Assembly (NCBI GenBank): GCA_036785375.1
Contig: JAWMAR010000015.1
Coordinates: forward strand, 6,696,001-6,760,000
Origin: Leucoraja ocellata
Lineage: Eukaryota
DNA: 64,000 bases
Reading direction: 5' to 3'
The notes beneath the pieces were generated by a model. It saw nothing but the letters and a program-made list of their open reading frames with translations, did no database searches and was not told where the DNA came from. The position numbers were made by a program, and so were the translations under genes. Positions 41,870 through 56,600 of the stretch are shown in pieces. Every line of letters begins with the position of its first letter. Within the stretch, counting starts at the first letter, position 1.

Positions 41870-44800
41870 CCAGGGATGCCCTGGCACACACACTATAGTC
41901 ACTGGGCTTGATTGGAAATGACAGTTCCCATGTTCCGCTTGTCACCGACTCTCTCCAGCACACCCTGTGTGCCCCTCAGCATCTGGGCCACACTGCAGCT
42001 TCCTTTGCTGATGACATTAACCCTTCCTAGAGTGGAGAGCATTGCTGCCTAACACTGGAGTGTGTGGGTGCTGAGTGCCTCCAGCTCCGCAGCTTGATCC
42101 GCTGTGTGCTGCATTTGTCCGACTGTTGATTGTGAGTGTTTCTCACCGCCCTCGAGGTCTCTGCATGGCTTGTGGTCTGTATCTGCTTGTGTGCACTAAC
42201 TTGCTTTACACAGTGTCCAGCAGAGGCATTCTTCGCTGTTGCACATAGCCCCATGTTTCTGTCCCAGACTGTGTGGCAGGGGGTTAGCTGGGCTATGCAA
42301 AGCTGTGAGGTGCTGTGCTGGGTGGGGTGAGTCTGTGCCATGTAGGAGTGGCCTGAACCATGGTGTGGAACGCTGGGCTAGCACTGCACATCATTGCCAG
42401 GCTGCGCTGTGGTGTTTGCTGCAGGGCTGGTCATGGTCAGGCCTAGCCAGGCTGGAGGATCGGACTGGGCTGGGAGGATTAGATGGTGCTTGGAGGACTG
42501 GGTTGGGAAGACCACATAAAGCTGGGAGCACTGGGCTGGAAGGTTGGACCAGGCTGGGAGAACGGGACTGGGCTAGGAGAACGGACAAGGTTGGGCGGAC
42601 TGGACTGGGAGGACCGGGTTGGGCCGAGACAGGTGAGGATGATTTTGGGTTAAGAAGACTGGATATTGTGTCGGACTGGATTGGGTGGACTCTTTTCTGG
42701 ATTAGGGAATAATGGGAGCAGGGAGAATGCCTGATAGTGCAGGAATTCATGAATCCAGGTGAGCACCTGGATGGGAAGGAATCATGGCCAGATTTGACCG
42801 TTGTGTTCAGTGCTAGGTTCTGCTGTATAGGGTCACAGTAAGATAATTCCTGAAGGGGACCAGAGGCTGGAATATTGGGCGTTTTCAGAAGTAAGAATAA
42901 TTGTACAGGAATTTGTTGGGAAAGAACAGGATTAGGGTCAGTAGCAGGAATTTTTGTGGTTCCAGAGACAAGGTTCTTGGAGACAAGTAATTTACTCAGT
43001 ACATTAAAGAGATCAGTTGATGTATTGGTATGAAGGGAATTGCGGGGCATGTGGATAGTGCAGGAAAATGATGTCCAGACAGAAAATCAGCCGTGATCTT
43101 GAATGGCAGAGATACGAGGGGCCGAATGGCCCACTCCTGCCTCTGTTGTCCTCTCAGGCCTATGGAGAGTAAACAGAGAGAGGCAGGAGGTTCTGGGACC
43201 AGTGGGGATACGGGCAAAAGGGAAATACAAGGAGAAACAAGAGTTCCCAGAGAATTTAGGTCCTCACTTGCCCCGCTGCAGGGTTGTGGGAACAGGGTCA
43301 GACGGTGCTGTCAAAAGGGAATTGCGTGGGGTGGTGGGGGGTAGGGGGAGAGAGAGAACATCAGACTCGGGGCTGAAAGCAAAGTATGAGATTACGTTGC
43401 CGGGAGCCAGCATAGACTGACCGGCCTGGTGTGGTGACTATGAGCAGGAGAGGGAGCGTGCCTCTCCAACAACTCTGCTGCACTGTTGCTCGTTGCATGC
43501 ATTTCTCCACTCTTTGCATCTGCTCTCTATGTTCCATGGTCTGCCTCACTTTTCTGTGATCTCTCTTTCTCCCTCCTTTCCGCTCCCATTCCTGTCGCTT
43601 CACTGGCCCCGCACCTACGGAGCAGCTTCGAGCCTGAGGGTGCGTCAGCTCATCAGCCCCATTGATCCGCTGGAAATCAAGGCGGACGTACACTGGACAC
43701 ACATCACAGGCCAGGAAGGGGCAATCCTTCCAGCAGCCCCAGACCCAGAAGGTACGGAGCAGTGTCAGAGTCCACAAGGGGGCGCCATGTAGGAGAGATG
43801 CCACCGAGGGCAAGACGGTGCCAAGGCAGCGGGGCAGTGGGCACAGTGGTGCTGGAAACAGCAGAGTACAGGCTGACCATGCATCGGGACCGTGTGTGGG
43901 AGGGTGGCACGCACAGGGATCATGTGTGGGAGAATGTTGCATGCTGAGGGTGACACACACTGGGGCCGGATGTGGGAGGGGGTTGCACTGGGACCGCATG
44001 TGAGTGGGTGACATGCGCTGGAACCGCGTGTCGGTAGGGGGTCGCATTGGGACCGCATGTGGGATGGGGTCACGCATGGGCCATGTGTGCGAGGGAGTCA
44101 CGCATTGAGACTGCATGTGGGAGGGAGATCACGCACTGGGACCGTGTGTGGGAGAGGGTCACATGCCCACACAGTGTGTGGGAGGTGCTGAATGGTGAGT
44201 GTACAATCTTCCTGCACCAACTAATAACTACGTTCCCAGATTATAGATGGAGCTCACTTTTCCGAGCCTCCTTTGCCTGTTGCTTGTCTTCTCGAGGAGA
44301 CCGTCTAGTTCCTGCCTGGAGCCTTTTTCACACCTCTACCTTATGTGCATTTTATTAAAGTCTTTTTCCCTGTTTCAGCTTTGAATTGCCTGTCTTTCCC
44401 ATTACAGCCTCATCCTCGCATGAATAAACTGACAAGCAGAACATCTTTTACTTTCGTTTGCAGTTTAAGTTATTAAACTTCAAAGCCCTTCACTGATCTT
44501 AACACTTTTCGAAGAAAGGGTCTCGACCCAAAACGTCACGTCTTCCTTTTCTCCAGAGACACTGTCTGACGCTCTGAGTTACTCCAGCTTTTTGTATCTT
44601 ACTCCCCACCTACCCAGGCTGGGGCATTCCAATGAGTTGGTGGATGTGTGTAAGAGGAGATGGAATACTGGGGATCATATCAGAGGCCCACGGACCCAGG
44701 AGGAAGTATTGGGCAGGATATTCTCCTGGAATCAAACAAACATTGCTGGGATGCGTACATCTCTATTCCTGTTGCACAATAGAACTCCGATAATCCGGTA

Positions 44801-47800
44801 TTTTGTTCGTTTAGAAATCCCAATGGTTGGGCATCTGGCTCGTACGTTAGTCCAGCGTGTGAGCTAGGGGTCTGGAGTGCACGCCAGTCGTGTGGTCGGA
44901 GATGGTCTCCAGAGTGTCGGTGAAACTTGTGCTGACTAGCGGACTCTCATCAGCTACTGCTTCTTGCCCGGTTTAAACACACCGGGCTACTGGACAGTTA
45001 TCATCTACCATGACCCATAACGCCAAGGTGAAATAAAAGTGGCCATTTGGATATTGACAGGAGTAGCGTTCAATAATCTGTGAAATCTGCAGTACATTTG
45101 GTGGACGTTGCAGTCATCGTGCATTGAAGCTGGAGGTAATGAACGACGAGTGTGTAAATGGGCTACTTTGCCCTGCAGGGTTGAGAATTTCTGGAGCTGT
45201 AATCACCCAAGCATGCAGATAGCATTCACCGTGCTCCTGAGCTGTGCCGTGTAGATAGTGGAAAGGTTTGTGATGCCATGGGTGAGTCTCCTGCCACAAG
45301 ACTCCCAGCCTCTGACCTTCCCTTGCAACCACAGTATTTATGTGGCTGTCCCAGCTGAGGTTCTGGTCGTGGTGACTCCCAGTTGAATATCAACAGTGGG
45401 GTTCTAGAAATTGAACTTTGCTTAGAAAGTTGTGATACAAATGCTATTTGATGCTTACCAACCCATGCCTGAATGTTGTCTAGGACTTGCTGCACACAGG
45501 TGTGTTCTGCCTCATTTGTTGTGGAGTTTCAAATAGAACATTGTTCAATCATCAGCAAACACCCCATGTAACGGAGGAAAAGTAACTGAACGTCCTGTAT
45601 TTTTGTCTGCAACTCAAATGATGGACCCTTATGAAACTGGTGGATGATATACAGTAACTCCATCTCATGGAGGGGTTTGCATTGATTTCTGTTTTTGATC
45701 AGTGCTCCTTGATGCCATATGTGGTCAACTGCTCCTTTGATGGCAAGAGAATCACACTCACCTTACCTTTGGACCAAGTCTTTTAGTCTGAGTTTGAGCC
45801 TGGACTGTAAACCAAGCCAGGTAGTAATGAACAGGTCGTTGATAGCTTGATGGTACCATCAACTACACCTTGTTGATAAGTTCATAGGAGCAGAGAGTAG
45901 ATGATCGGGAGTAGACTGATTGGAATGATCCTGCCTTCTGTGGTTGGACATACCTGGGTAATTCTCCATAGGCCTCATGTTGTGATGCCACTGGAACACA
46001 AGGCTTTGTCTCCACAGCTAAGGGTCTCACACCCTGTCGAGAGTTGATCTGGTCTGTTTGTGGTTTAGTTCCTTTTAGTTTCACGAGTTAGCATGCAGTC
46101 AGATTGGTGCTTACCTTTGCTGGGTTGGGATTTTATATTTCCACCTTTGCTCAGTGACAATCCTGCATGTCCCTAATGTTCCCCTCACTAATTAATTTAC
46201 TGAGGATATATGGTAGGTGATAATCAGTAGGAGGTTTGGATTTAATCTGTAATGGGTTAATTTTGAAGTGTCCCTGACCACTCATTCGTCACTGTTTGCC
46301 AAATGACACCACCTCTGTTAGGTCTACGGTGCAGATGGGACATAACCCAGAGACCGGCTAGAAGGTGTTGTTCTGTCATTGACTACATCAGGTGTAACAA
46401 GCTTGTGGGCCTGTTCTTCTTGTTCAGGCAGATTACCTCTGATATTCAAGGCATGGCACATTATCACAACTAGTAAGCTGCTGCCTCACAGTGCCAGAGA
46501 TCTGGGCTCAGTCCTGACCTCAGATGCTGACTGTGGAGTTTGCACGTTCCCCGTGATTGCATGGGACGACAGATGGCGCAATGGGCTAAGTGTTCGGCTG
46601 GCGACCGGAAGGTAGCCGGTTCGAATCCCGCTTGGAGTGCATACTGTCGTTGTGTCCTTGGGGCAAGACACTTCACCCACCTTTGCCTGTGTGTAAATGT
46701 AATGTAATTATGTGAAGCACTTTGGGGTCAATGCAAGTTGACTAAAAATGTGCTATATAAATAAGATTATTATTATTATAGTGTGTAGATGAGGGGAGAA
46801 TTGGTGGGAATCTGGAGAGAATGAAGTAGGATTACCTTACGGTTAGAGTAGATGGGTAATTGATGGTTAATGTGAACTCAATGGGCCAAATACCCTATTT
46901 CCGTGTACTATGACTATAACTCCCGCCACCTACAGCCAGTCTGAAGAACGATCCCAATCCAAATCATCACATCCATTTTCTCCAGAGATGCTGCACAGTG
47001 GCGCAGCGGTAGAGTTGCTGCTTTACAGCGCCAGACCCAGGTTTGATCCTGACTATGGGTGCTGTCTGTACGGAGTTTGTACTTTCCTCCTGTGACGGGT
47101 TTTCTTCGAGTTCTTCGGTTTGCTCCCACACTCCAAAGACGTACAGGTTTGTAGGTTAATTGGCTTGGTATAAATGTAAATTGTCCCTAGTGTGTGTAGG
47201 ATAGTGTTAATGTGCAGGAATCGCTGGTCGGTGCGGATTCAGTGGGCTGAAGAGCCAGTTTCTGTGCTGTATCACTAAACTACAATTGTTTTAAAAGCTG
47301 CCTGACCTGCTGAGATACTCTAGCATGTTGTGTCTACCCTAACCAATGACATTAGTCTCCGAAACCATGTCCCCTCATATCCCACAAAGTGAAGCTCACA
47401 CATTGAACTCGTTAATGAGAAGGGAGTGGTGAATAACATTAGATATTGACAATCCCTGTGGGTTAACTAAAGATATCGGGAATGTGAATGTGTTAAATAG
47501 AATTGGATATGGCTGGCCTGTTCACTGTCGCTGCTGGTTATGCATCTTTACACAGCTGCTGCTGGCTCTGGCATTGTGCGCCTGTTCTGGCATTGTGCGC
47601 CTGTTCTCTGATGCTAGTTTCTGCATTCTGCGCTTGATCCTTGTTGGTGCTGTTCTAGTATTGTACGCCTGTCCCTGTTAATGCTAGTCGTGGCATTTTC
47701 TACCTGTTGCCTGGAGCTCGTTTCACCTGTGCACTGTAGCGACTGTGTTCTGGTATTGACGCCTGCTCCCGTTTGACACTGGTTTCAGGTGTTGCGTGCC

Positions 47801-50617
47801 TGTAATTTGGTGCTAATGTATGGCAGTGTGCACCAGTTCACAGTCGGTGCTGCTGTAGGCACTGCGCGCCTGTTCACTATTGCCATTGTGTTATTTGCTG
47901 CTGGTTTCTGGCATTGTGTACCTGTCGCCCACTGCTGCTGTGTTGGGCGTTCAGTTCCCTACATTGGTTTAGATATGTTTAGTATAGATTGCGCATGTTT
48001 GAGAGGTGACAATCCTTTCCTCACATCAGCTGAGATATCTTTCAATTCGTCTGTTCACTAGCTTTTATTTTTTCCCAAATATAGCCTCTGATGTTCCCCC
48101 ATTTCGGAATGAAGCAGTTCGAGCATGGTTGGACACCCTGTCTGGAGGTAGTTTTGTTTTGTTAAAGACAGCCTGGCCATTACGCTGCTTTCCTTCTGCT
48201 CTCCCTCTCTTTTGGGGCATCAGTGTCAGAGTGAACACCACCAATGGCACAGGGATGAGGGGTTGTGGAGGTTGGGACAGAGAGTGTAGGCTCAGGGAGG
48301 GGATGGGAGGTTGGGGCAGAGAGTGTAGGCTTGGGGTGGGGTAAAGCGTGTAGGCCCAGGGGGTAACAGTGCAGAAAGTGTCAGCTATCCCTGTGGAGAG
48401 GAAGGCAGGTGTAAATACATTGGCCTCGGGGAGGGTGTATCAGTCCTGGTGAGTCACAAGGAAGAGCTGTTACAAATTAAAGGCAGGAAGCATACAGGGA
48501 TAGATAATGCTACATTGCATGTTGATTCCTCGATCTGAGTAAAATGAAAGGGACGAGAGTGGAATTAAAGTGGGATTGGTGCTAAATATTGCAGGGATGG
48601 GAATTGAATGGGAGACGGGTCGGGGGGCTGATGGTGAGAATAGTTCCTGACTGGTTGGGTGTGACAGTGGTGCAGCTGGTAGAGCTGCTGCCTCACAGCT
48701 CCAGCGACCTGGGTTCAATCTTGACCTCGGGTCCTGTCTGTTTACACATCCTCCATCTGGCCATGTGGATTGCCTCCGGGTGCTCTGGTTTTCTCCCACG
48801 TTACAAAGACTTGCGGATCAGCCAGTTAACTGGCTGCTTCAATTACCTCTCTTGTCGGTAGAGAATCGGGGAAAGTTGTTGGGGACGGAGGAGAGTGTTC
48901 TTCACAGGGGTAGTAAGTGTGGGAATGAGATCAATAGGCTTCTAGCATAGAGTTGATGGGCTGAATGGCCCATATTACAAGGAAGTATGTGATGGTCAGA
49001 TTTATAAAGAATGAGTTGGAAATGGAATTATAAATCCTGGATGAAGAACCAATATCACAACATCTGATTACAGAAGCTGCAAGATGCCTCTACCTTCTTT
49101 CTTTATATTTAAAATATCTCATTCTTGTTTTCTTGTTTTCAACTCTCCTTGGCCTCATCCTGCAGTATCTGCAAATCCTCCTTGTCCCTGTAACTCTAAG
49201 GAAGCTGCGCTGCTCAATTCCTGCCTTTTGCACTCTCGCCATATTAATCACCGCCTCTGAATGCTGTGCTTCAACTATCTGGCTCCGATGCTCAGAAACT
49301 CATCTCCTGAATCACTCCACCTCTTGTCATCAGGACGTTGCTTCAAACCGACCTCCCATCTTGTTTGTTTCTGTAATGTTTAATTGTGTAATGTTTCTGT
49401 GGCTCTGTGGTAAATTTTATTTGATGACATGCCCTTGGAGTTAATGGTGACTTCAAATTTAAAAAAATAAACAAGTGATTTTTAGCTGATAAATGCACCC
49501 TATTAGAAATCTGAGCTGTTGCTTGAGGCTGCTCTGGGACTTTATGGTTCTTTAATTATTTCACTTTCTCCATTGCATTCCAGAAAAGCAGATGAAGGAG
49601 GAGTTGAGCCCAGATGAGGAGGAGGGCAGCTCATCATTGGAGGATGGTATGCTGAATCTCACTTGGTACAGAGTCTGGACCTCTGATACACTCAAAGCAT
49701 CTAACAGCCTCTATAAACAACACTACTGTATCTACCTCAACCACCACTTCTGACAATGCGTTCCAGACCCCCAATACCCTCTGGGGGAAAAATAAAACTT
49801 GCACCACACATCTCCATCATTGGGAAAAGCATGTGCCTTCCCATTAGCCCGCAATTCAATATCAACAGCATGTAAACAGCCCTCAGGCCCAATTCATCCA
49901 TTCCAACCAAGAGGCCCATCTACACTTGTCCATTTGCGAGTGTTTGACCCATATCCACTGAACCTTTCCTATCCATGTATCTATCCAAATGTCCATTAAA
50001 TCTTGTTATTGTTACTTTGAATCTAAAAGCGACATTCCATTTTGATCTATTGCTCCTTTCTCTTTTTCTCCACTGTACCTTTATTTTCAATTCTCTCTTG
50101 AAGACCATGATGAAAGTTCCCATTTCCTCATCTGCAGGCAGTATATTCCAGTTCCTAATCAAATATTGCATGACATTTCTGCTTTGTGTCACTCTTAATT
50201 TTACCCCCTTTTATTTCATACAACACCTCGGTCTTGTTTTCCTTATGAACCGCTTGACCTGTCACGTTCAATGGTTCCTTGGCTCCTGCATCCCTTTTAG
50301 AACAATATTGCCTCCGCTCATCATCCCCAACAAAGCACATCACCTCACATTTTTCTGCATTAAACTTTATCCTCCACACCTTTGCCATTCCATATCCTAT
50401 ATATCCGATTCCATATATCTGTACATCCTGCTGCAATTAATCACTATCCTTTTCGCAGGTCACAACTTCAGCTGGCAAGTTTTATATTACCTTCAAATTT
50501 AGAAAGTGTGGCTTGCACCAAATCATTGAATTAGATCAAAGAACGATGGTCACAGGGGAAAACCACTATTTATCTCCGCAGGTACTTCTCCTGCAACCAC
50601 AGGAGTGTAACACCTGT

Positions 50618-50663
<46 letters not shown>

Positions 50664-53600
50664 CACCCCCCCCCCCCCCCCGCCCCCCAAACCCAAACAT
50701 CACTTTCCATGTCCTACAGAGGTTGCCTGACGTGCTCAGTTACTCCAGCCTTTGTGCTTTGTGTTGAACATTCCAACATTTGCATAATATTCTTGTGGCT
50801 ATTCACCATCCTCGGGTCTGAACAACAACCATTCACCTCTACTGTCCGTTACTTTTTCTACTTTTTCTTACTAGATGATTTCTCACTAACAAGTTCAATG
50901 GATTGTAGTTGTGAACTTGCCCTTTCTCCCCCTTTTTGAACAATGGAGACATTTACTACTCTCTGTACTGTAAAGGGCCTGTCCCACGAGTATGCGACCT
51001 GCATGCGGCAAGCACGACCAAACCGGAGGGCCGTGCGGAGGTCGAGTGAGTGACGTGAAGTTCGAGCAAAGTCCGTGGGAACTTCGCACATAACGTACGG
51101 CGTTGAGACGCTTCGCACGCCCGTCGAGGCGGCTGCGGGGTGGCAGGCCGTTGCCGCGCGGAATGTTTGAGCATGGTCAGTTTTTCGGAGGCCCGCGCGA
51201 TGTCGGGACCAGCTCCGCACAACTCCATACGGCTCCGGCGATCGAAGTGAGACCGACCCCGCGAGGCCGTAGGGCTCAAGCGACCACGTTAGGTCGCGCT
51301 TGCCGCATGGAGTCGCATGCTCGTGGGACAGGCCCTTCACACCACCACATTAGCCAAAGAACACCGGAAGATCGCATTCAGTGGCTCTGTGACTTCCTCC
51401 TTGCTTCCCTCAGAATCCCCGGGTACGTCCCCTCTCATCTTGATGACTTAACAATCGCACATTCATCCAACGTTTCTAATGCTTCCGTGCTATAAATCTT
51501 AAATATATCCAGTGTCTCACCTATCCTCTCCTTCACGATTTCTTTGGAGTCACCGCATGTGACGACAAATACAAAATACCCATTTAGTGCTTTAACACCC
51601 TGTCGGTATCGTTTAACATTCCCATTTTTAACCTTAATATACAACACTGCATATGTACTACCCCTTTTTACTATTTATATGCCTAATGAACACTTCTGGA
51701 TTCCCCTTTACACGTTGACAGCTGATCTGTTCTCACACACTCTCTGCTTCTCATTTTAATTTTCACTTCCTCTATCATTCCTCTGTAATCAGCCTGATTC
51801 TCGCTGATATTTACAACCCTGGGCTTGCTACATCCAGCTCTGTTATTCTCTATCATCCAGAGAGCTGTGAATTTGCTTGTTCTTCCATCACCCCTTTCAA
51901 ATTTGCCTCAACCATATCCAAACCATCTCTTACCTCTGAATTGTAAACCTGACTATAGATTAAACTACATCTCTCTCTAACATTGTTTTGAAATCCATCA
52001 TCTCATCGGCACACTTTCCCAGTGACCCCTCCAAAGCAAGACTATTAATTAACCCTACATGAGGATTAAGCATTGCACCGATGTTGGGCTTGGACATGGA
52101 GAAGAGCCATCAGAGTCAGCTGCATCCACTTCATCAAAGCTACAGGACAGACTTCAGCCTGTTGGCAACTAGTTGGAGATGACCTTTTCCCTTCTAATGG
52201 TTCACTAATGGTTCTAATCAGTTTAATAACCTAAATAGCCATATTCATCTATAAATTGACCTTGAGCCTTTCACCAGCATCTGCAGTTCTTTTCTACATC
52301 CCCTGAATCTTGAAGGCTGGGATTGAGGGGATTGAGCTACAGCCTCACAACCCTCTGTAGCGAGGTGTTTCTAAATATCTTACACTTAACCTTCTATCCA
52401 TGGTCTCTTATTCTTGCCTCCAACAAAGTAACGCAAGTCTGTACCCATGGTGTCAGTGTGGGCCCAGTGGGGTGGAAGGTTAGCAGTTTGCTCGCGAGAT
52501 TTGGGTACATAATCCAGGCTGAAGCTCCCAGTGCAGTATTGGATGTAGCCCATCATGTAAAACCTGCCCCCCACCCCCACCCCCACCCCAGCCAGTGTGA
52601 TCAGGCACCATTTACACCATGGTCTTTTTTTACTTTTTCCCTCTCATGTCAGGCAGAAGGTACAAAATTTAAAGCATGAGAGAGGGGAGAGAAGGAGTGG
52701 AGACACTTTTAAGAAGCCAGCCAACTTTTAATAAAGTTTAGCGGGCATTCAACATTACCGGTCGGTTTACTTACCTTTTCTTTCCTCAATGAGCTTTACC
52801 TTCGATTAGCTTTGATTGCCTTCGATTACCTATGATAACATTACAACCTACTTTGACCTACCTCGACTAAACCTACGAGTAAAAAAATATCGATTTTTTC
52901 CATGGCAACCTTTTTTTTACTCGCGGGCATTTTTCTGCATGTTGAAAACAAACGCCGCGACCTAGCTGAGGCCTCGAGTACACTGGGACTACTCTCGAGC
53001 ATGAAGGAGAGTTACAAATACCTCCTTGGACCTTGTGTCGACCATGCTGCTAGTACGAGTCGAGGGCAAACTCTTCTAAACTCGCCAATTAGGTCGCCGC
53101 AGTGGGACAGGCCCTTTAATGTAAACTCTCTACATTCTGTGCCCAGATCCTAGATTCTGCTTTCTCCCCACTGATCTCAAGGCTCCTGTTTTATCTTTCT
53201 GTTGACAGATATTGCATCTGATGCAGAAGCAGAGAACCGGTTGATCTCATACACACACGAGCTGGAGCAATTAGTGCGAGAAAAGGAAGAGGCTTGTGGT
53301 GAGGTTGGATCTCCAAGTAAGTATCCCACAACACTCTACTTAAGTCATTGTTATTGATGAAATATGTTGACATATGCATAGTTATGGGATCGAGTACAGA
53401 GGGATCTTGCGATCCGAATCCATAACTCCCTGAGAGTGACAACACAGGTAGGACTGGAAGCTAGAAAATAAACCATGACAAATCGGGGCCAGCAAGAGAT
53501 GACCTCTGACACGAAGGTTCCCTGGTAGGCCGATTGTTGGCTCGAGATGATGTGAGCCCATGAGCGATACATTGTTACGAACTGTGGAACTTTTATTGGG

Positions 53601-56600
53601 GGGGTAGGCATTTGTAGAAGTTCCCTAAAATTAGACAATTCAGTATTTTTGCCATCGGGTTGTAAGCAACGCAAGCTAACTATGAGATACTGTTCTTCCA
53701 ATTTGCTTGGGCCCTCTCTCTGGCAGTGGAGGGGGGCTCGGACAGAAAGATCATAATTGGGAATGGGAAGGGGAGCTAAAGTGGGAGTCAAAACCAGAAG
53801 ATCCAGTAGGCCTTAGCGCAGCGAGCGTAAGTGTTCAGCAAAACGGTCGCCGGGTCTGCGATTTGTCTCGCCAATGTACAGGAGCCCACAGTGAAAACTG
53901 GATGCAGTAGATGAGATTATTCCAGCATTTTGTGTCTATCTCTGGTGATCAACATGAATCGGAGTTTGCTGACCCTTGAACCATCTGCCAAGGTTGCAAA
54001 TGATGTAAGATTTTGGCAGGAAGAAATGACAAAACATTTGAGTTTCCAGTTAAAGGAAGATGAGTATCATCTATTACTGGAAGTGTCCAATAAAATACTT
54101 TGGGTACGGAAAGAGTAGGGGGAAGACGGTTAAGGTAATTTAGGTGTCATCAGAACTGATGCCCATGTGCTGGCATGGAGTTACATCATTGCCCCTGACA
54201 GATTTCAACCTGCTCCTCTGGAAGTTTCAACCAAACCCCACCAAGAACCTGTACACAAATCTCATCAAGCTCCCTCAGAGATCTCAACAAAATTCCTCTG
54301 GCACTGAAAGAATTGTTACAGCACACGAGGAAGCATTTTGCCAATTGAGTCCTTGCCAGGTTCTGATAAAGCAATTCCATTCCCCTGTGGTGCCAGCATT
54401 CCTCACCCAAATCTTGACCCAATTGTTAATGGTGTGAGGAAAAGGTCATGGACTGTATAAAAGATGGTTCGATCAGATTAGTATGTTGAGAAGCCAATGA
54501 GTTTTGTTTAGTTTAGTTTAGAGATACACAACAGAAACAGGCCCTTCGGCCTACCAAGTCCGCACCGACCAGCGATCCCCGCACACTAACACTATCCTAC
54601 ACACACTAGGAACAATTTACATTTCTACCAAACCAATTAGCCGACAAACCTGTAATTCTTTAGTGTGGGAGGAAACCCATGCAGGTCACGGGGAGAACGT
54701 ACAAACTCATACAGACAGCACCCATAGTCAGGATTGAACCCGGGTCTCTGACGCTGTAAGGCAACAACTCTACCGCTGCATAACTGTGCCACCCTTGAGG
54801 GAACAAGATATTTTAGATCTAGTGTTGTGCAATGAGAAAGGATTCATTGACGATCTGGTGGTCAAAGACGCGTTCGTGTGGGAAATTAAATTTTTTATAA
54901 AGATTGTCTATTATATAGTTTAATCTGAAACCAGATAGTTAAAGCTGAACAAAGCAAAATATTGATTAATGAGGTGTGACTTGTCCTCGGTAGATTGGAG
55001 AACTAGGTTAAAAGGTGTGACCTACAATGAATAACTTTTAAAGAATTAATACATAGTTTACAAGAATCCATATCCATTTGCAGACAAAAAATGTATCAAG
55101 AAATATTATCCATACATGGTTACCAAGGGAGGTTAATGATAGCATTGGATCAAAGAGAAAGGTTTATAGCGATGCCAAGAAAAGCAATGATTCTGACGTG
55201 TATGAAAAAAATTCAATTCAGCACAGAAATAGTCTAGGCTGAAAGCCAGAAACAGTTTGTTGAAGCATCAGTGGATACAGTGTAAAAAAGGAACTAACTA
55301 GCTAGAAAAAGATCATGTGGTTCCCTTAAAGGCTGAGACAGAAGGAATTATGGCAAGAAAAAGGTGACAGAGAAATTAAATAACTTTTTTGTGTCTATCC
55401 TTATGGAAAACAACATTACAAAATCTCCCACAAATGGTGGGGAAATTACAGATCTGTAATCAAAGAAATCAATATTCATAAAAAAAGTAATATCGAAGAA
55501 ATTAATGCAAACAAGAGGTGATAAATCGCCAGCACCTGATGATCTACATCCTACGATTTTGAAGAGGTGGCAATTAAAGCATCCACATGATTATCATAAA
55601 GGTGGGTGGCATTGTAGATAACGAAGATGGTTGTCAAACCTTGCTGCGGGATCTTGATCATTGGCCTGGTGGTCTGAGGATGGTTGATAGTGTCTAATAC
55701 AGATAAGTGTGAGGTCTTGCATTTTGGGAAGTCTAACCTACACAGTGGATGGCAGGGCCCTGGGGAGTGTTGTAGAGCTGTGTGATCTAGGAGGGCAGAT
55801 ACATAGATGCAGATGCAGAGTATTGAATGTAGAATTTGGGAGGCTGTGTTACAGTTGTACAAGACATTGGTGAGGCCACATTTAGAGAGTTGTGTTCGGT
55901 TATGGTCATCCTATTATTGGGAAGATGTTGTTAAATTGGAAAGCATGCAAAGATCTACGAGGATTTGCGTTTAATTTATTGTCACATGCTAACCATCAAT
56001 GGATAGACTAGACATGATTACAATCAAGCCCTCCACAGTGTACAGATACATGATTAAGGGATTAACATTTAGTGCACGATAAAGTCCAGTAAAGTCCGAT
56101 TAAAGATAGTCTGAAGGTTTCCAATGAGGAAGATAATAGTTCGGGGCCGCTCGCTGGTTGTTGATAGGATGGTTCAGTTGCCTGATAACAGCTGGGGAAG
56201 AACCTGTCCCTGAATCTGGAGATCGGTGTTTTCATACCTCTGTACCTCTTGTCTAATGGGAGAGGGGATAGAGAGGGACTGGGGTGAGGCTCATCCTTGA
56301 TTACGCTGGTGACCTTGCCGGGACAGCGTGAAGTGTAGATGGAGTCAAGGCATGGGAGGTTGGTTTGTGTGATGGCCTGGGCTGTGTCCACAATTCTCTG
56401 CAATTTCTTGTGGTCACCAACCATGTTATGATGCATCTTGATATAATGCTTTCTACGCACATCTATAAAATTGGCGAGGATTGTTGGGGACATGACGAAC
56501 TTCCTAGCCCTTGTAAGGAAGTTGTGGTGTTGGTGCGGTTTCTTGGCTGGTCCAAGACAAGTTGCTAGTGATATTTACTCCAAGGAACTTGAAGCTTTCA

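Noticed and set aside
41960-42015. Acceptor-like ctctctccag suggesting another exon
   Set aside because: The required phase hits a stop after about 17 codons, and there is no good donor or similarity.
46570-46640. Possible tRNA gene
   Set aside because: It has A and B boxes but runs into a SINE core and a LINE tail, and I see no convincing cloverleaf or terminator.
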